Source of the DNA: a virus
Length of the DNA stretch: 42,078 bases
IMG/VR virus record: IMGVR_UViG_3300030042_000002
Reading direction: 5' to 3' (one strand)
Position 1 is the stretch's first letter, and each line of letters opens with the position of its first letter. The position numbers and the translations under genes were made by a program. Shown piece after piece: positions 1 to 10,721 of the stretch. The notes under the pieces are model-generated. The model was given only the letters and a program-made list of their open reading frames with translations. It did no database searches and was not told the DNA's origin.

Positions 1-127
1 GAGAGAGAAATGACGTTTTTAAGTTTTGTGATGATAAGCATTAGCTTATTTATATATGGAATGCACGATTAAGGTTTTGGTGGTGGAGTCGCTTTACCTG
101 TTTTTTTTGCAGGTTTATTGATTAAAT
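1..127. repeat. Terminal direct repeat, identical to 41952..42078 (circular-closure overlap)
   Basis: Bases 1-127 (gagagagaaatgacg...gattaaat) recur exactly at the window end; length 127. Confidence 0.95.
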
Positions 128-2654
128 CAAATTGTTTTTTTGTGCTGTCAATGAGTGATTTTTTGAAGTTTTTAGAGGTCATATAATAGGCTACTGTACC
201 AACACCTAATGTTGTTTTGATAGGTGCTAAAAAGAAGGCTGGTACAATCCCAAGACCAACACCTTTTTCAAATTTATGCTTTAGATTCTTATGACTTTTC
301 AAGCCCTCTTTAAACCCCGAAGCTACTTTAGATAAATCATGCGCTTGCTTATAGTTTTCTGGTGTCAAAAGTGTTTTCATTAAAACATCTGTTTTAGGAT
401 CGGCAAAAACTTCTGCGATCTCTGCTAAGTCAATTTCTTGTTTTTTTGGACCTTTATATAAACATTGTTCTACTTTTTTACGCTCTAGATTTTTAAGTAA
501 ATTCCTACCCTGTTCAGTCCCTTTCAGTGTATTGCGGACTAAATAAATACCTTTAGGGGAATTCATAATTTTCAAGGTCTCACTAAAGTCTGAATCAGAA
601 AGAATATCCTCAAGGATTTTTTGTCTAAGATTACTTTTATAAACTTCTTCCGGTGTGTTAAATTCCGAAGCTGTTTTCTTTATTTTTTCTAAAGTTTTCG
701 ATAATCCTTTTAATTCTGGATAAAAAGGTTCTAATTCTCGCGTTTCCTTAATTACTTTATCAGTAATCTTTGAAGCCAATTCTTTGGGACTCGTAGCTTT
801 TAATGGACCTTCTAAGACATCGGCTAGTATTTTACCTTTTAGATCATTTAATGCCGCGGTTTCTCCTACTGATTCTGCGAAATCTGAGAATTTTTTAAGA
901 TATGAAGGATTGTTTCTTATAGCGCGATAAAACTGTTCATCCGTCATGTTGTGGAGCTTTTTCATAATCGGATCTTGGAAGAATTGGGCTTTTTCCCTGA
1001 AAAGCGCATTAGCTTCTAAAAGCGGTTGAAGATGAGGTTTATTTGATGCCGCCGAGTCCATAATTGAACGCATTTCATTAGCCACAGGTTCTAAAAGATT
1101 AACCAATGTGGGATGTTCATAGCTAATCGTTTTATTCAAATCCTGAATATTTTTTCGAATATCTTCAAGTTTTATATTTGGCTTTTCTAAAATCACTTCA
1201 CCTGTAACTGGATGAATGGTTTCTTTAAGTTTAAAAAGAGTATTTATTTCTGATAAAACCCCTAAAGCTTCTTTACGCTCCGCTCCTTTAAAACCTTTAG
1301 ATGATAATTTTTTTCTAACTTCTTTAACCTTTTTTTGTAAATTATCATATTCAGATGAAGACGGCCGAACTAGATCGTTAGGATTGAATTTAACTTGATC
1401 ATAAAGGGTTTTATATTTGTCGGTAATATCTTCATCATATCTCTTAATAGCTGATGTCCCAACTTGACCTGTTTGATGTTTAGGAATATCTAATTGTGGC
1501 ACTGCGGATTCAAAAAGTTGTGGAAGCATATTATTAAATTGTTGTTCGCCAAGTTGCTCTTTTGATGAAATAACTTCTAGACCTTCATCTATTGACATTG
1601 AACTAATTACGTCGTCAACGCGTGCTGTCATTTCAGTGGTAAAGTTTTGTAGAAGATTATTAAATTTTCCCGCGCCGAAGAAAGAATTTTGAGAAATACC
1701 CTCTAAAAGGTTGGGTAACCCTCCTTTATAAAGCGCTTGTAAGGGTATATTTTCTATAGGCATTTTTAGATCATAAGCCGCGCGCAAGGTGGGGACGTTT
1801 AGATTATCCGGATTGTTGGTAATTAGCTTCGCAGCCAGATCATTGACGTTATTTATAGCTTCTTTTCCACTCGATATTAATTTACCTTTCACATTTATAG
1901 GGGCATTTTTTTGAGGTACTTTACCTATCATTAAAGCCATTACACCTCGTTGCTCAGGAGATAAACCTGCTTGCTCCGCAACATAATCAAGACCGCCTAT
2001 AATAGCTCCAACAGGTCCGGCCGTTCCAGCTCCAGCGGCAACCCTTTCCGAAAACTGCCCAATTCCAGTTTGAGGAGGGTTATATTCACCTCGTAGCATT
2101 TCTAAGGCTTGGTCAAATGAATATAGATTCTCTTTAGAAAAATCTTTAAGACCCGAGGTTTCTGCTACCCAATCGAAAAATTTAAGCGGGGGTTCAACTA
2201 GAGATCTTAAACCAATATTCCCTTCTTCAAAAAATCCAGGGTTCTCTCCTCCATGAAATTCTTGAGATGCTTTAACAATATTGCCAGGAGCATTTATAAT
2301 AGAATGAGGTAAAGACAACAGAGCTGCGGGAATAGCTGTAGTAATAGCCTCACTAGATTCTTTTAATGATTCTGAAACTGGATTTCTTCCTGCAATGGTT
2401 TCAACCGCATATCCCAAAGGATTTTGACTTAAAGTGCTAAATGCGCTCTGAAGCATTGTCTTAGGAGCCTTGAAATTCAATCCATATGTTTCTTTCGCAT
2501 GATCTTCAATTTGTTTTACTGGAACTCCAGCATTTAAAGATTGTTGATATTTTTCTTGATATTCTGGAGTGGTTTTTATTTTCTCAAAAATCTCTTCATC
2601 TGTAGCACCAGCTTCTTTAGAAGCTTTAATTTTATCTTGAAAATTCGGTGTCAT
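69..2654 (-). CDS. Large virion protein (internal/ejection-protein-like), function uncertain
   Basis: 861-aa ORF, largely helical. Hydrophobic C-terminal segment GVGLGIVPAFFLAPIKTTLGVGTVAYY. ATGA start/stop overlap with the upstream gene. Confidence 0.75.
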   Translation of the reverse strand: MTPNFQDKIKASKEAGATDEEIFEKIKTTPEYQEKYQQSLNAGVPVKQIEDHAKETYGLNFKAPKTMLQSAFSTLSQNPLGYAVETIAGRNPVSESLKESSEAITTAIPAALLSLPHSIINAPGNIVKASQEFHGGENPGFFEEGNIGLRSLVEPPLKFFDWVAETSGLKDFSKENLYSFDQALEMLRGEYNPPQTGIGQFSERVAAGAGTAGPVGAIIGGLDYVAEQAGLSPEQRGVMALMIGKVPQKNAPINVKGKLISSGKEAINNVNDLAAKLITNNPDNLNVPTLRAAYDLKMPIENIPLQALYKGGLPNLLEGISQNSFFGAGKFNNLLQNFTTEMTARVDDVISSMSIDEGLEVISSKEQLGEQQFNNMLPQLFESAVPQLDIPKHQTGQVGTSAIKRYDEDITDKYKTLYDQVKFNPNDLVRPSSSEYDNLQKKVKEVRKKLSSKGFKGAERKEALGVLSEINTLFKLKETIHPVTGEVILEKPNIKLEDIRKNIQDLNKTISYEHPTLVNLLEPVANEMRSIMDSAASNKPHLQPLLEANALFREKAQFFQDPIMKKLHNMTDEQFYRAIRNNPSYLKKFSDFAESVGETAALNDLKGKILADVLEGPLKATSPKELASKITDKVIKETRELEPFYPELKGLSKTLEKIKKTASEFNTPEEVYKSNLRQKILEDILSDSDFSETLKIMNSPKGIYLVRNTLKGTEQGRNLLKNLERKKVEQCLYKGPKKQEIDLAEIAEVFADPKTDVLMKTLLTPENYKQAHDLSKVASGFKEGLKSHKNLKHKFEKGVGLGIVPAFFLAPIKTTLGVGTVAYYMTSKNFKKSLIDSTKKQFDLINKPAKKTGKATPPPKP

Positions 2655-3835
2655 GGATTTCCCCAGATTGAATCAAGCACTTCTCTATTTGCCTGATTTT
2701 TCTTAGTAGGATTCAAAATATTAAGAAGTTGTTTGTTAGTTTGTGCCAAAACCATATCAGCATATGGTTTTAATTCTTTTTGCACTTCAATATCAAAGTT
2801 TGGACCAGGAGATTTTCCTAAATCGAAATATTCTTGACGTTTTTGATCTACAATATCTCTTTCTTTTTGAGCAATTCTATTTTCCATTAATGCTGAAACC
2901 ATTAAACATTCGGCTGCTTTAGGGCTGTCTTCTGCTGTTGCAATACGTTGTTGGAAAGTTTGAAATTCAAAATTAGATACTTTACCCTTAACTATATCAC
3001 CAATTCCAGAATATTGAGATTTCATTGCAGCATTAAACGCTTTGGATCCTGGATCAGCTAAAGCAGGGTTATCAAATTGTTTTGCAAGCCAATTTCCGAC
3101 TTTAAATCCAGTGGCTCCTTGCTGATGTAAAGTCATACCTTCTTCTATACCGCGAACTTTTTCATCGGCTGCGCGACCTTTTGTTTCAACCCCAGAAATA
3201 TATTTATCTGTTCTTTCTGCTGCTAACTTTTGAGCTGTAGGTTCATATAAAGGTTGTTCTTTTTTCTTTAGGGCCAAAGCACGAGCGGTGGGCACATCAT
3301 ATACTTGTGAAAGATCTTCTAATTCTTCTTCGTCGTAATCGCCTGTTTCTCTAAGAAGTTTTTTTACAGATTCTTTTTCACGAACTCTTTCTTGATTTTC
3401 AGTTTCTGCTTTATTTTCTTTTTCTATCCGATTTAAAGCATCACTCCTAAGGTTGCGTAATTGTTGGCCTAAACCTTTTTCAGCACCTTCTGCTTCAATA
3501 ATTTGGTCATCTGTTATTTGTGAATAATCAACCTGTTGACCTTGCTTTCCTCCTGAAATACTATCAAAAAAGCTTTTTCTTCTATTCCCTTCACCTTCTT
3601 TTTGCTTTCCTTGCATTGCTATTTCAAAAGCTTTTTCTAAGATTTTGGGATCGTTAATATCACTAAGATCATATCCAGTGAGTTTGCTGATAGCTGCTTT
3701 TTGTTTTTTTTGTTGTTCTTTAACTTCATATTCTTGCATCAATTGAGAACCTTGTTCAAGACCGCGAGAAATCGCGCCACTTAGTTTTTCACCGCGAGTA
3801 GGTTGTCTTTCAGGTGCTCTTAATATCTGTACCAT
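2651..3835 (-). CDS. Virion-associated protein, unknown function
   Basis: 394-aa charged coiled-coil-like ORF inside the late operon. Confidence 0.7.
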   Translation of the reverse strand: MVQILRAPERQPTRGEKLSGAISRGLEQGSQLMQEYEVKEQQKKQKAAISKLTGYDLSDINDPKILEKAFEIAMQGKQKEGEGNRRKSFFDSISGGKQGQQVDYSQITDDQIIEAEGAEKGLGQQLRNLRSDALNRIEKENKAETENQERVREKESVKKLLRETGDYDEEELEDLSQVYDVPTARALALKKKEQPLYEPTAQKLAAERTDKYISGVETKGRAADEKVRGIEEGMTLHQQGATGFKVGNWLAKQFDNPALADPGSKAFNAAMKSQYSGIGDIVKGKVSNFEFQTFQQRIATAEDSPKAAECLMVSALMENRIAQKERDIVDQKRQEYFDLGKSPGPNFDIEVQKELKPYADMVLAQTNKQLLNILNPTKKNQANREVLDSIWGNP

Positions 3836-3845
3836 TTAAATCTCC

Positions 3846-4463
3846 TCAATCGAATCCTGAACCAACGCCATAACCTAATTTAGCACCTGTTAATGCTCCA
3901 GCAGGTCCACCAAGAAAGAAGCCACCCGCTCCCCCTAACGCGGCGCCACCAACACCACCCCAGCCCCCAGCACCACTTGATTGCTGTTGCTTTTCAGCAA
4001 GGAATTTCTCTTGTGGTCTTTGTCCTAGAAGTTGATTGCTTAAACTCATCAAATCCTTCAATGCGTTTTGTTGTAGGCTTTGACGATTAGCTTGGAGGCT
4101 CTGGGCAAAATTAGAGGCGTATGATGATGCTGAATTTTGAAATCCACTACTCTTTCTTGAACCCGTTCCACCGATTCCACTAAACCTTGACGCTAACCTA
4201 CCTATTTGCTCGTTAAACTGTCTATAGGCAGGTTGTTCTATCTCATTAAAGATATCCTCATCGCCGCCCGCTAAACGCGATAGGTAACTATCTGGGCCTA
4301 GATGACCGAATTGTTGTTGAAAAAGCTGTTCTTGTTCGGGGGTGTAATTGTTGAGTTGACCCTTTCGATAACCCTTAGGTATGATATCACCAGTAGAGCC
4401 ACCTCTTTTAAGTGATCCAGTATTATCTCGCATTCCAGTAAAGCCACCGAGAGAACTTGTCAT
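3846..4463 (-). CDS. Virion protein with Gly-rich hydrophobic C-terminus
   Basis: ORF 3846..4475. The second ATG (4463) has a GAGG 7 nt upstream. C-terminus GAGGWGGVGGAALGGAGGFFLGGPAG. Confidence 0.65.
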   Translation of the reverse strand: MTSSLGGFTGMRDNTGSLKRGGSTGDIIPKGYRKGQLNNYTPEQEQLFQQQFGHLGPDSYLSRLAGGDEDIFNEIEQPAYRQFNEQIGRLASRFSGIGGTGSRKSSGFQNSASSYASNFAQSLQANRQSLQQNALKDLMSLSNQLLGQRPQEKFLAEKQQQSSGAGGWGGVGGAALGGAGGFFLGGPAGALTGAKLGYGVGSGFD

Positions 4464-4510
4464 AAATAACCTCATTTTATGTGAAGTTTATCAGTATATT
4501 TTATTTTTTA

Positions 4511-4999
4511 CTAATACCATTCCAAAACAATAATTCCTGAAACCACATTAGGCGAAGAAGCACCCACGGAAATCACTATGCTTGGAGGTATTGTTGTTTG
4601 ATCTACCCTTAAATCAATATTGTGAGCTGCCGCTACGGAAGCATAAGGAATAGGTCTATAATCAGGTAGATCGGTTATGCAAGCTCCATAAATTCGAGTA
4701 AATTGAGTCAACTGTGTAATATTATCTGGAATATTTATCAATGTTCCCGCTGCTATAGCTCCAAATGTATAAACTTGTCGAAAAGTTTGAGTTCTTTTTG
4801 AAGTAAAAAAATAAGATTCACCCGTTATTGCTGGCCTATTCGTGGGAAAAATAGAGATAGTACGGTCATTAACCGCATTCGCGACATCCACATAGGTTTT
4901 ATTAACCTCTACGGTAAGTTGGAATAGATCTTCTGGAAACTCTCGTGAGGTTCGTAGATATGGCATTGTATTGACAACGTTATTCATGAGAGCATCCAA
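4511..4999 (-). CDS. Structural protein, unknown function
   Basis: 162-aa ORF overlapping the end of the 940-aa gene by 16 nt. Confidence 0.65.
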   Translation of the reverse strand: MDALMNNVVNTMPYLRTSREFPEDLFQLTVEVNKTYVDVANAVNDRTISIFPTNRPAITGESYFFTSKRTQTFRQVYTFGAIAAGTLINIPDNITQLTQFTRIYGACITDLPDYRPIPYASVAAAHNIDLRVDQTTIPPSIVISVGASSPNVVSGIIVLEWY

Positions 5000-7806
5000 C
5001 TTGGCGACATGTCAAAGATAGCTGCATGGAACTCAATTTCAGCAAATTGGCATACTAAATTGCCATTAGCATCTAAACCTCGCATTTGGGCATCTGAAAG
5101 AGTTATCCCAAGTTGAATCGTGTCGCCTATCATAGAGGTATTCATTCTATGCCAGATTTGTTGTTGGGTATTATTTGAAGTCCCATTTAAGGATATTGCT
5201 GTCAATTGATGAAGGTTTGTATTTGCTGGAGTTAATCCAAGGTTTGTACTTTCCCTGCATGTATAGACAATGGCGCTATAGATCAGACTATTATTCATTG
5301 ATGTTGGATCCGGAATAATAGTTCCGGCATTCCAAGGGGTAGAATCATCTTGGCTTAGATAAATATTAACCGTTACCTGTGCATTTACTGTCTGAGTGAA
5401 TAGATATTGCTGAGGACCAAGCCTTGTCTTTCGGGCAAATTGCCATGATGTTGGGAATTGCTTTGTCTGGATGAAAGGAACATACATTCGTGTGATAATA
5501 CCACCGCCATAATATGTTTCAGGAATCAAAGCAGGATTAACCATAATATTGTTCGCATCTATCACAACGCCAACAGAAAATATCTTTCCATTCACTTGCG
5601 CTGCATAACTGGTGGTATCAGGCAATAAGCTATCTAGAACACCTGTGATAATGAAATAGTCATTTACGTTTAGGCCGTGATTAGGAACTGTGATCGTGCT
5701 ATTAACAATATTCTGAATTGAAAGCGATGGTTCCTCGCTAGTTTCATTTTCTTGATTTCTAAGAAGGATAAATCCTTGCTGATTGCCACCAATCACAATT
5801 GGTTGAAGAAGCGTTCCTCCCCCTGTATCCCATGAACCATTCCAAGCATTCCACGATGTAGCTGGAAGATCATTCCAAGTTAAACCAGTCTTCGGCCTAA
5901 AAGAACCATAAGTTGTATAAGATTCATTGAAAATGGCCCATGAATTGTCTCTATAGTTATATTGTAGAGTCTGATTAGGAAAGGCATAGAATGAGGAATT
6001 ATCCGAATTAGCGTTATAAGTAAAGTATACCCATTCATTGATAAAGTCACGTTGTGAACAGAATCTTTCAGGTCCATTATTTACAAGTTGCATTTGGAAG
6101 ATTTGATCTGGGATGTCTAAATCAAAGCGTTTAGCATTTGTTTGACCTGTGATGATGTATCCGCGATTACCCCTAGTCAACACACCTTCATCCATATTGA
6201 TGGCAGAGAAGGTGCTCCCTGAGCCTAATTCAGAATTGATGATAAAGAAGGCAAAAGGAATGATATCATTGCCCGTATAGAGAAAACGAGCTTGCTTTGT
6301 CGAGAAACCTATAATCAAAGCGTCTTCATTTGGAGACATTGTATTAATCGGCAAATCAACACCGGCAGTTTGAAAACCGCCAAAACCTGTTTGATCTTCA
6401 AACCATGCACTTGGTGTTGCTGTTTCTGCGGGTGGATCGGTTGTTAATCCTGGAATTAAAATCTCTACAAATCCCGGAGGAGTTACAGGTGGATTTGTCG
6501 GAGTGTCAGCCGTTGCAACTGGACTATTAGTATAGGAAACATTGTAATAAGGAGTACCGTTTTGACTATAAATCACCGTATCTTGAAGATATATCGGTGC
6601 ACCTGTTGATGTCTGAATGACTGGCCCAAAGAAAAGTAATCGATCCTTGAAGGGGTAAATCATCCTCGCGCCCACAAGATAGTACTGGGCCGCTGGAAGA
6701 CCTGCTATCGAATAAGCAAATTCGGATAAAGGCGGCATGAAATTTACCCATCCAAGAGGTGAACTTGGCAAAGGAGGATTGCCCCCTGTAGGGTCGCCAT
6801 CATAATATCGAATAGGGTTAACGGCTGGATTTGAGGTATTGGTTAAATATTGAATTATTCCCGGTGTTAATGTACCTGATGCTATCGTTGCAAAGGGGAA
6901 TTTGATTGTAATTGTATTAGTTCCACCGGGATCTGATGCTGCCGTAACATATCCAGTCTGAAAATTCAATCCTACATTTGGAGTCCATTCATTTGCGAAA
7001 ACAAAATCACCTATTACCAAAGGACAATTTGTTATAGTCAATGTTATGGTTGTTGCTGTGCTTGAAACGAAAGTTATTGTACTCGCTGGAGCAAATTGCA
7101 TTCCGATAGTCGTTCCTGTAAAAGGAACATCAATACCATTGGTCGCAAACATTGCACCTTGATAGTTTGTCGTCCAAAATTGCTGATAGTTATTTCCAGA
7201 CCAGTTTACCGGGGTCCATGTCGTTTTACGCACATAACCGGGTAGAAAAGTCGGATCTAAGGCTGGATTCTTATAAAAACTAACGTCCCAAATTGGATAA
7301 GGAAAGGTAGTAGAAACATTATAGGCATATTCTGTATCAAAGGCGACTGTGCCGGGAAATTGAATCGCATTAGGCGCAAAGTCTTCTAATCCCATAACAG
7401 GCAACGATGGGTAGTAAATAACATCTGTATCAGCAATTGAACCCGTGATTGTCAAAACGCCTGTGGAAAGAACTAATGTGCCTGATCCAGTACCATTAGT
7501 GATTAGTGTCACAGTGCCACTCATGCCGCCGGGATCGTAGAAAACATCACTTCCTATGACAAATGAAGATAGACCCTCTCCTATTGGATGCGGTGAAATA
7601 GTGATTGAGAAATCCCCAGACCCATCTGTTTCACCCAAAAACCGATTAAGACGGCCCAGTAATGTAGTTCCACGCTTGCGTTTAACTCTTCCACGCCATT
7701 GATAGGCATTAATTAAAGAGGGAAAGTTATCGTTATCAATGACGAATGGGGTCCGATCTGTTCTTAAGCCTTTTTCAATAGGCCCAATGACTAATTTTTC
7801 GCCCAT
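4984..7806 (-). CDS. Large tail/nozzle-type structural protein
   Basis: 940-aa ORF in the tail gene block. Contains repeated xxHGLxVxDxxxIxG-type beta-domain motifs. Confidence 0.75.
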   Translation of the reverse strand: MGEKLVIGPIEKGLRTDRTPFVIDNDNFPSLINAYQWRGRVKRKRGTTLLGRLNRFLGETDGSGDFSITISPHPIGEGLSSFVIGSDVFYDPGGMSGTVTLITNGTGSGTLVLSTGVLTITGSIADTDVIYYPSLPVMGLEDFAPNAIQFPGTVAFDTEYAYNVSTTFPYPIWDVSFYKNPALDPTFLPGYVRKTTWTPVNWSGNNYQQFWTTNYQGAMFATNGIDVPFTGTTIGMQFAPASTITFVSSTATTITLTITNCPLVIGDFVFANEWTPNVGLNFQTGYVTAASDPGGTNTITIKFPFATIASGTLTPGIIQYLTNTSNPAVNPIRYYDGDPTGGNPPLPSSPLGWVNFMPPLSEFAYSIAGLPAAQYYLVGARMIYPFKDRLLFFGPVIQTSTGAPIYLQDTVIYSQNGTPYYNVSYTNSPVATADTPTNPPVTPPGFVEILIPGLTTDPPAETATPSAWFEDQTGFGGFQTAGVDLPINTMSPNEDALIIGFSTKQARFLYTGNDIIPFAFFIINSELGSGSTFSAINMDEGVLTRGNRGYIITGQTNAKRFDLDIPDQIFQMQLVNNGPERFCSQRDFINEWVYFTYNANSDNSSFYAFPNQTLQYNYRDNSWAIFNESYTTYGSFRPKTGLTWNDLPATSWNAWNGSWDTGGGTLLQPIVIGGNQQGFILLRNQENETSEEPSLSIQNIVNSTITVPNHGLNVNDYFIITGVLDSLLPDTTSYAAQVNGKIFSVGVVIDANNIMVNPALIPETYYGGGIITRMYVPFIQTKQFPTSWQFARKTRLGPQQYLFTQTVNAQVTVNIYLSQDDSTPWNAGTIIPDPTSMNNSLIYSAIVYTCRESTNLGLTPANTNLHQLTAISLNGTSNNTQQQIWHRMNTSMIGDTIQLGITLSDAQMRGLDANGNLVCQFAEIEFHAAIFDMSPSWMLS

Positions 7807-8411
7807 TAATTACCTATAGCTGACCAGTAAAAACCAGTGTAAGAAGTTCCTGAACCACCAGTGAATTGCCATGTAAAAGCTGTTTTAGATGGTGTTCCAG
7901 TAACTTCAACAATATTAGCTGTCCCAGAAGTACCCTTCATGGTGATTTGAACATTAAAACAATTATTAGGAAAAGCAATGTTTGCTATGGCAAATGTGAC
8001 TGTGCCTGTGTTTGATGCAAAGGTTGTATTTACAATCCCCCATTGAACAATGATTCCTCCGGGCAGATATGAATAACCATTTGTTCCCGGAGAGGGAGTT
8101 ATTCCTGTTGCAGTCAATTGCGATATAATACCTCCTGAACTTTCATAAAAAAGTTCCAGATCACCTGATACAGTTTTTGTATAAACTTGACCTGCATTTG
8201 CTGGCGAAGTAATTGGTGAAGGATCAGAATTGCTTGCAATTTGAGGGATGCGGATTACCTTATGCCATCCACCTAAAGCATCATTAAACCCATGATGATC
8301 TATTGATACCCATTGTGCTATCGCTGCTGCGTTAGTCTGCATCGTGCCCACATCTGCTGATGGAGCATTAGGAGGATTTGGAATCGTTCCATTATAGGAA
8401 ATTGTCGTCAT
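7806..8411 (-). CDS. Tail-associated structural protein
   Basis: 201-aa ORF coupled to both neighbours. Confidence 0.65.
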   Translation of the reverse strand: MTTISYNGTIPNPPNAPSADVGTMQTNAAAIAQWVSIDHHGFNDALGGWHKVIRIPQIASNSDPSPITSPANAGQVYTKTVSGDLELFYESSGGIISQLTATGITPSPGTNGYSYLPGGIIVQWGIVNTTFASNTGTVTFAIANIAFPNNCFNVQITMKGTSGTANIVEVTGTPSKTAFTWQFTGGSGTSYTGFYWSAIGN

Positions 8412-9655
8412 ATGGTACTTCCTCCAAGTCCGTTAAACCCGGACTGACCTTGATTAATTCCAGCACTGTAGATTGTCTGTGTTCTTGTTGAAGTAAATTG
8501 TCTTTGACTGCGCTTCCAAACAAGCATCTCTTGTTCTCTAAAAAATGGCTCATAAAGGTTAAGTTGCTCTATATCTCCAACATCGCTAAGAATCTTGCGT
8601 GCTGCTCCTCTTGCTATATATTCAGCCATATACCCAAACTGCAATGCTTGGCTCTGGTTGAAGAAAGCTGCTGGACTAAGATAAGCATCCAACTCAACGA
8701 GATATTGCGTATCTGGGGGGCTTCTAAGCGTAATTGTGTTATTATAATAGAGTAGTGATCGAGGAAGACCGCATTCGAAGAAATAACATTGAGCACTAAT
8801 ATCTGCACCTAATGGAATCGCAGTCGGAAAGAACACATTTGTTGCAACACCAGTAAGGTAATTTATTGTATTCTGAGTGGTTGTATAGGCTTGTGGTAGT
8901 GATCCCCCATTAGCTAAAGGCATATTCCCAAATGGAGCCATCCCCGGATTCATCAAAAGACCAAAGTTGGCATAATTTGTCCCACCATCTTTCAAGAATT
9001 GTCCGGAATCGGAAACAACAACATTATTCCCATTTGCATCTACTGAGGTTAAATAGACTGCTGGAAATGTATTAGCGACAGGAATAGCAGGATTTATCGT
9101 GGTTGCAAAGATAGGGTCTTGAAAAGTACCTGAACTATAAGCGTTAGCTATAACCCCTGCAACATCAACATGGCCTCTTAAAATATATTGAAAAGGTGGA
9201 TTAAGAGGTGCAAGGTTATTAGGAGCGACAGGGAAAGCAAGAGTATATGGGCCACTAGTTCCATTTCCGACACCTACAACATTCATTTGTTGAATTATAT
9301 TAGGCCAAATATTGAAGAATGAATTCTTTTGTGTCTCAAAAGGCACTTGGATTCCATCAATATAAACTGGACCAAAAAAACCTTGGTATACTGGATAATA
9401 ACTAATATCTTGAGATGAAGGCGCTCCAGGTGTTTCACTCTGCACACTATAATAAGGCATATTATATTGGTCGACACCCGGAGTTGTCTGAAATTGATAT
9501 TTAGTCTTCAAATCAAACAACTGAATCCGGGCATCGACATCCATAATCCAGAATCTATTAATATAATCTATAAGCAAATTATCAGTTATAACCGCATTAG
9601 ATGGGGTCTTTATGATTCTGCGTATATAGGTAATAATATCCTGGAGTAGATTCAT
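8408..9655 (-). CDS. Tail/adaptor structural protein
   Basis: 415-aa ORF, overlaps its neighbours by 1-4 nt. Confidence 0.7.
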   Translation of the reverse strand: MNLLQDIITYIRRIIKTPSNAVITDNLLIDYINRFWIMDVDARIQLFDLKTKYQFQTTPGVDQYNMPYYSVQSETPGAPSSQDISYYPVYQGFFGPVYIDGIQVPFETQKNSFFNIWPNIIQQMNVVGVGNGTSGPYTLAFPVAPNNLAPLNPPFQYILRGHVDVAGVIANAYSSGTFQDPIFATTINPAIPVANTFPAVYLTSVDANGNNVVVSDSGQFLKDGGTNYANFGLLMNPGMAPFGNMPLANGGSLPQAYTTTQNTINYLTGVATNVFFPTAIPLGADISAQCYFFECGLPRSLLYYNNTITLRSPPDTQYLVELDAYLSPAAFFNQSQALQFGYMAEYIARGAARKILSDVGDIEQLNLYEPFFREQEMLVWKRSQRQFTSTRTQTIYSAGINQGQSGFNGLGGSTI

Positions 9656-10221
9656 TAGAAGCCACCTGTTCCTATAAAGATAGATTTACGAGACGAAACT
9701 GGTAAAGCATCAAGACGTTGAACAATATTATCACTGACCATTGTGCCAAAATATTCTGCCGTCCCATCTCCTCCAGCACTTCTACTTTGATCCATGCGTA
9801 ATCTATGATAAGAAGCACGCTTGATTTGTTCAGCTAAATGTCTTGGTCCCCAAACCGGCTTATTTACTGGAACTTCCCAATATTCCGCTGGCATTCCTGG
9901 ATATGGTTTTGTCCAGATTTCAATATTTTCGCCGATAATTTCTTTGTTTTCTGCGATAAATTGGACGAATTCCATTGCAAACTTCCAATCAGCCCTATAT
10001 TTTTCGTTAAACTTTTCTTGACTTCCGATAGTTTTCTTAGGCTTTAAATAAATATCCTTTGATTTAGCGAGATCTGCTTGTGAAAGAAGTGTCTGTTGTT
10101 CTGTTTCTAATTTAGGCGCTTCATTCATGCGATCAAGTGTTAGTTCTTTAACTTGATTATCGAATGCTTGAAACTGTTCTTCTGCTTTTTCTAAGCCATT
10201 TATGTCAGGTTTTTTTGCCAT
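9655..10221 (-). CDS. Structural protein, unknown function
   Basis: 188-aa ORF in the late operon. Confidence 0.65.
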   Translation of the reverse strand: MAKKPDINGLEKAEEQFQAFDNQVKELTLDRMNEAPKLETEQQTLLSQADLAKSKDIYLKPKKTIGSQEKFNEKYRADWKFAMEFVQFIAENKEIIGENIEIWTKPYPGMPAEYWEVPVNKPVWGPRHLAEQIKRASYHRLRMDQSRSAGGDGTAEYFGTMVSDNIVQRLDALPVSSRKSIFIGTGGF

Positions 10222-10228
10222 TACGCAC

Positions 10229-10651
10229 CTATGTTGGTGAAATATTAATAAAGCTTCCTGGAATTATCGTACTTGTTGCACGAGGTCCATTTGCGTTTAT
10301 CGCCCCTGTATTTACGTCAGCTATTGCCACAATCTGAGGTTGTTGCGATAAAGCAGCATTTATAAAAATATTAGCATACTGTGAATTTAAATTTATAATT
10401 ACTTGATTAGCAGCGGGTTTTGCTATGACAATCCCTATCATTTCATTCAATTGCGTTGAGCCATAACCATTAGGAATCAATAAACGGCATTGCTGACCGA
10501 TCACATAATTATTCGAAACCGAAGTGGTTACCGTGGTTGTCGTGCCAATCGAAAGAGCTGAAATAACGAATCTACTAGGTTGATAGTATTGAGGTGTTAT
10601 AGGTGGGTTTTGGTAGGGAGGAGTCGGACTTGTTACAATTCTGCTTGGCAT
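10229..10651 (-). CDS. Small structural protein with a beta-domain motif
   Basis: 140-aa ORF. Motif VSNNYVIGQQCRLLIPNG resembles the repeats in the 389-aa neighbour. Confidence 0.6.
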   Translation of the reverse strand: MPSRIVTSPTPPYQNPPITPQYYQPSRFVISALSIGTTTTVTTSVSNNYVIGQQCRLLIPNGYGSTQLNEMIGIVIAKPAANQVIINLNSQYANIFINAALSQQPQIVAIADVNTGAINANGPRATSTIIPGSFINISPT

Positions 10652-10662
10652 ATGACACCTAA

Positions 10663-10686
10663 AGGGAGAGGATTTCTCCTCTCCCT
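10663..10686 (-). terminator. 10-bp stem-loop (possible attenuating terminator) after the 389-aa gene
   Basis: AGGGAGAGGA-GAAA-TCCTCTCCCT on the minus strand, followed by only TTT. Confidence 0.45.
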
Positions 10687-10721
10687 AAAATGCCAACTTA
10701 AACTTTTAACTACAACACCTA

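Noticed and set aside
1-127. 127-bp repeat as a biological direct terminal repeat or att site
   Set aside because: Exact end-to-end identity with a length equal to a common maximum assembler k-mer points to a circularisation artefact. This cannot be excluded without reads.
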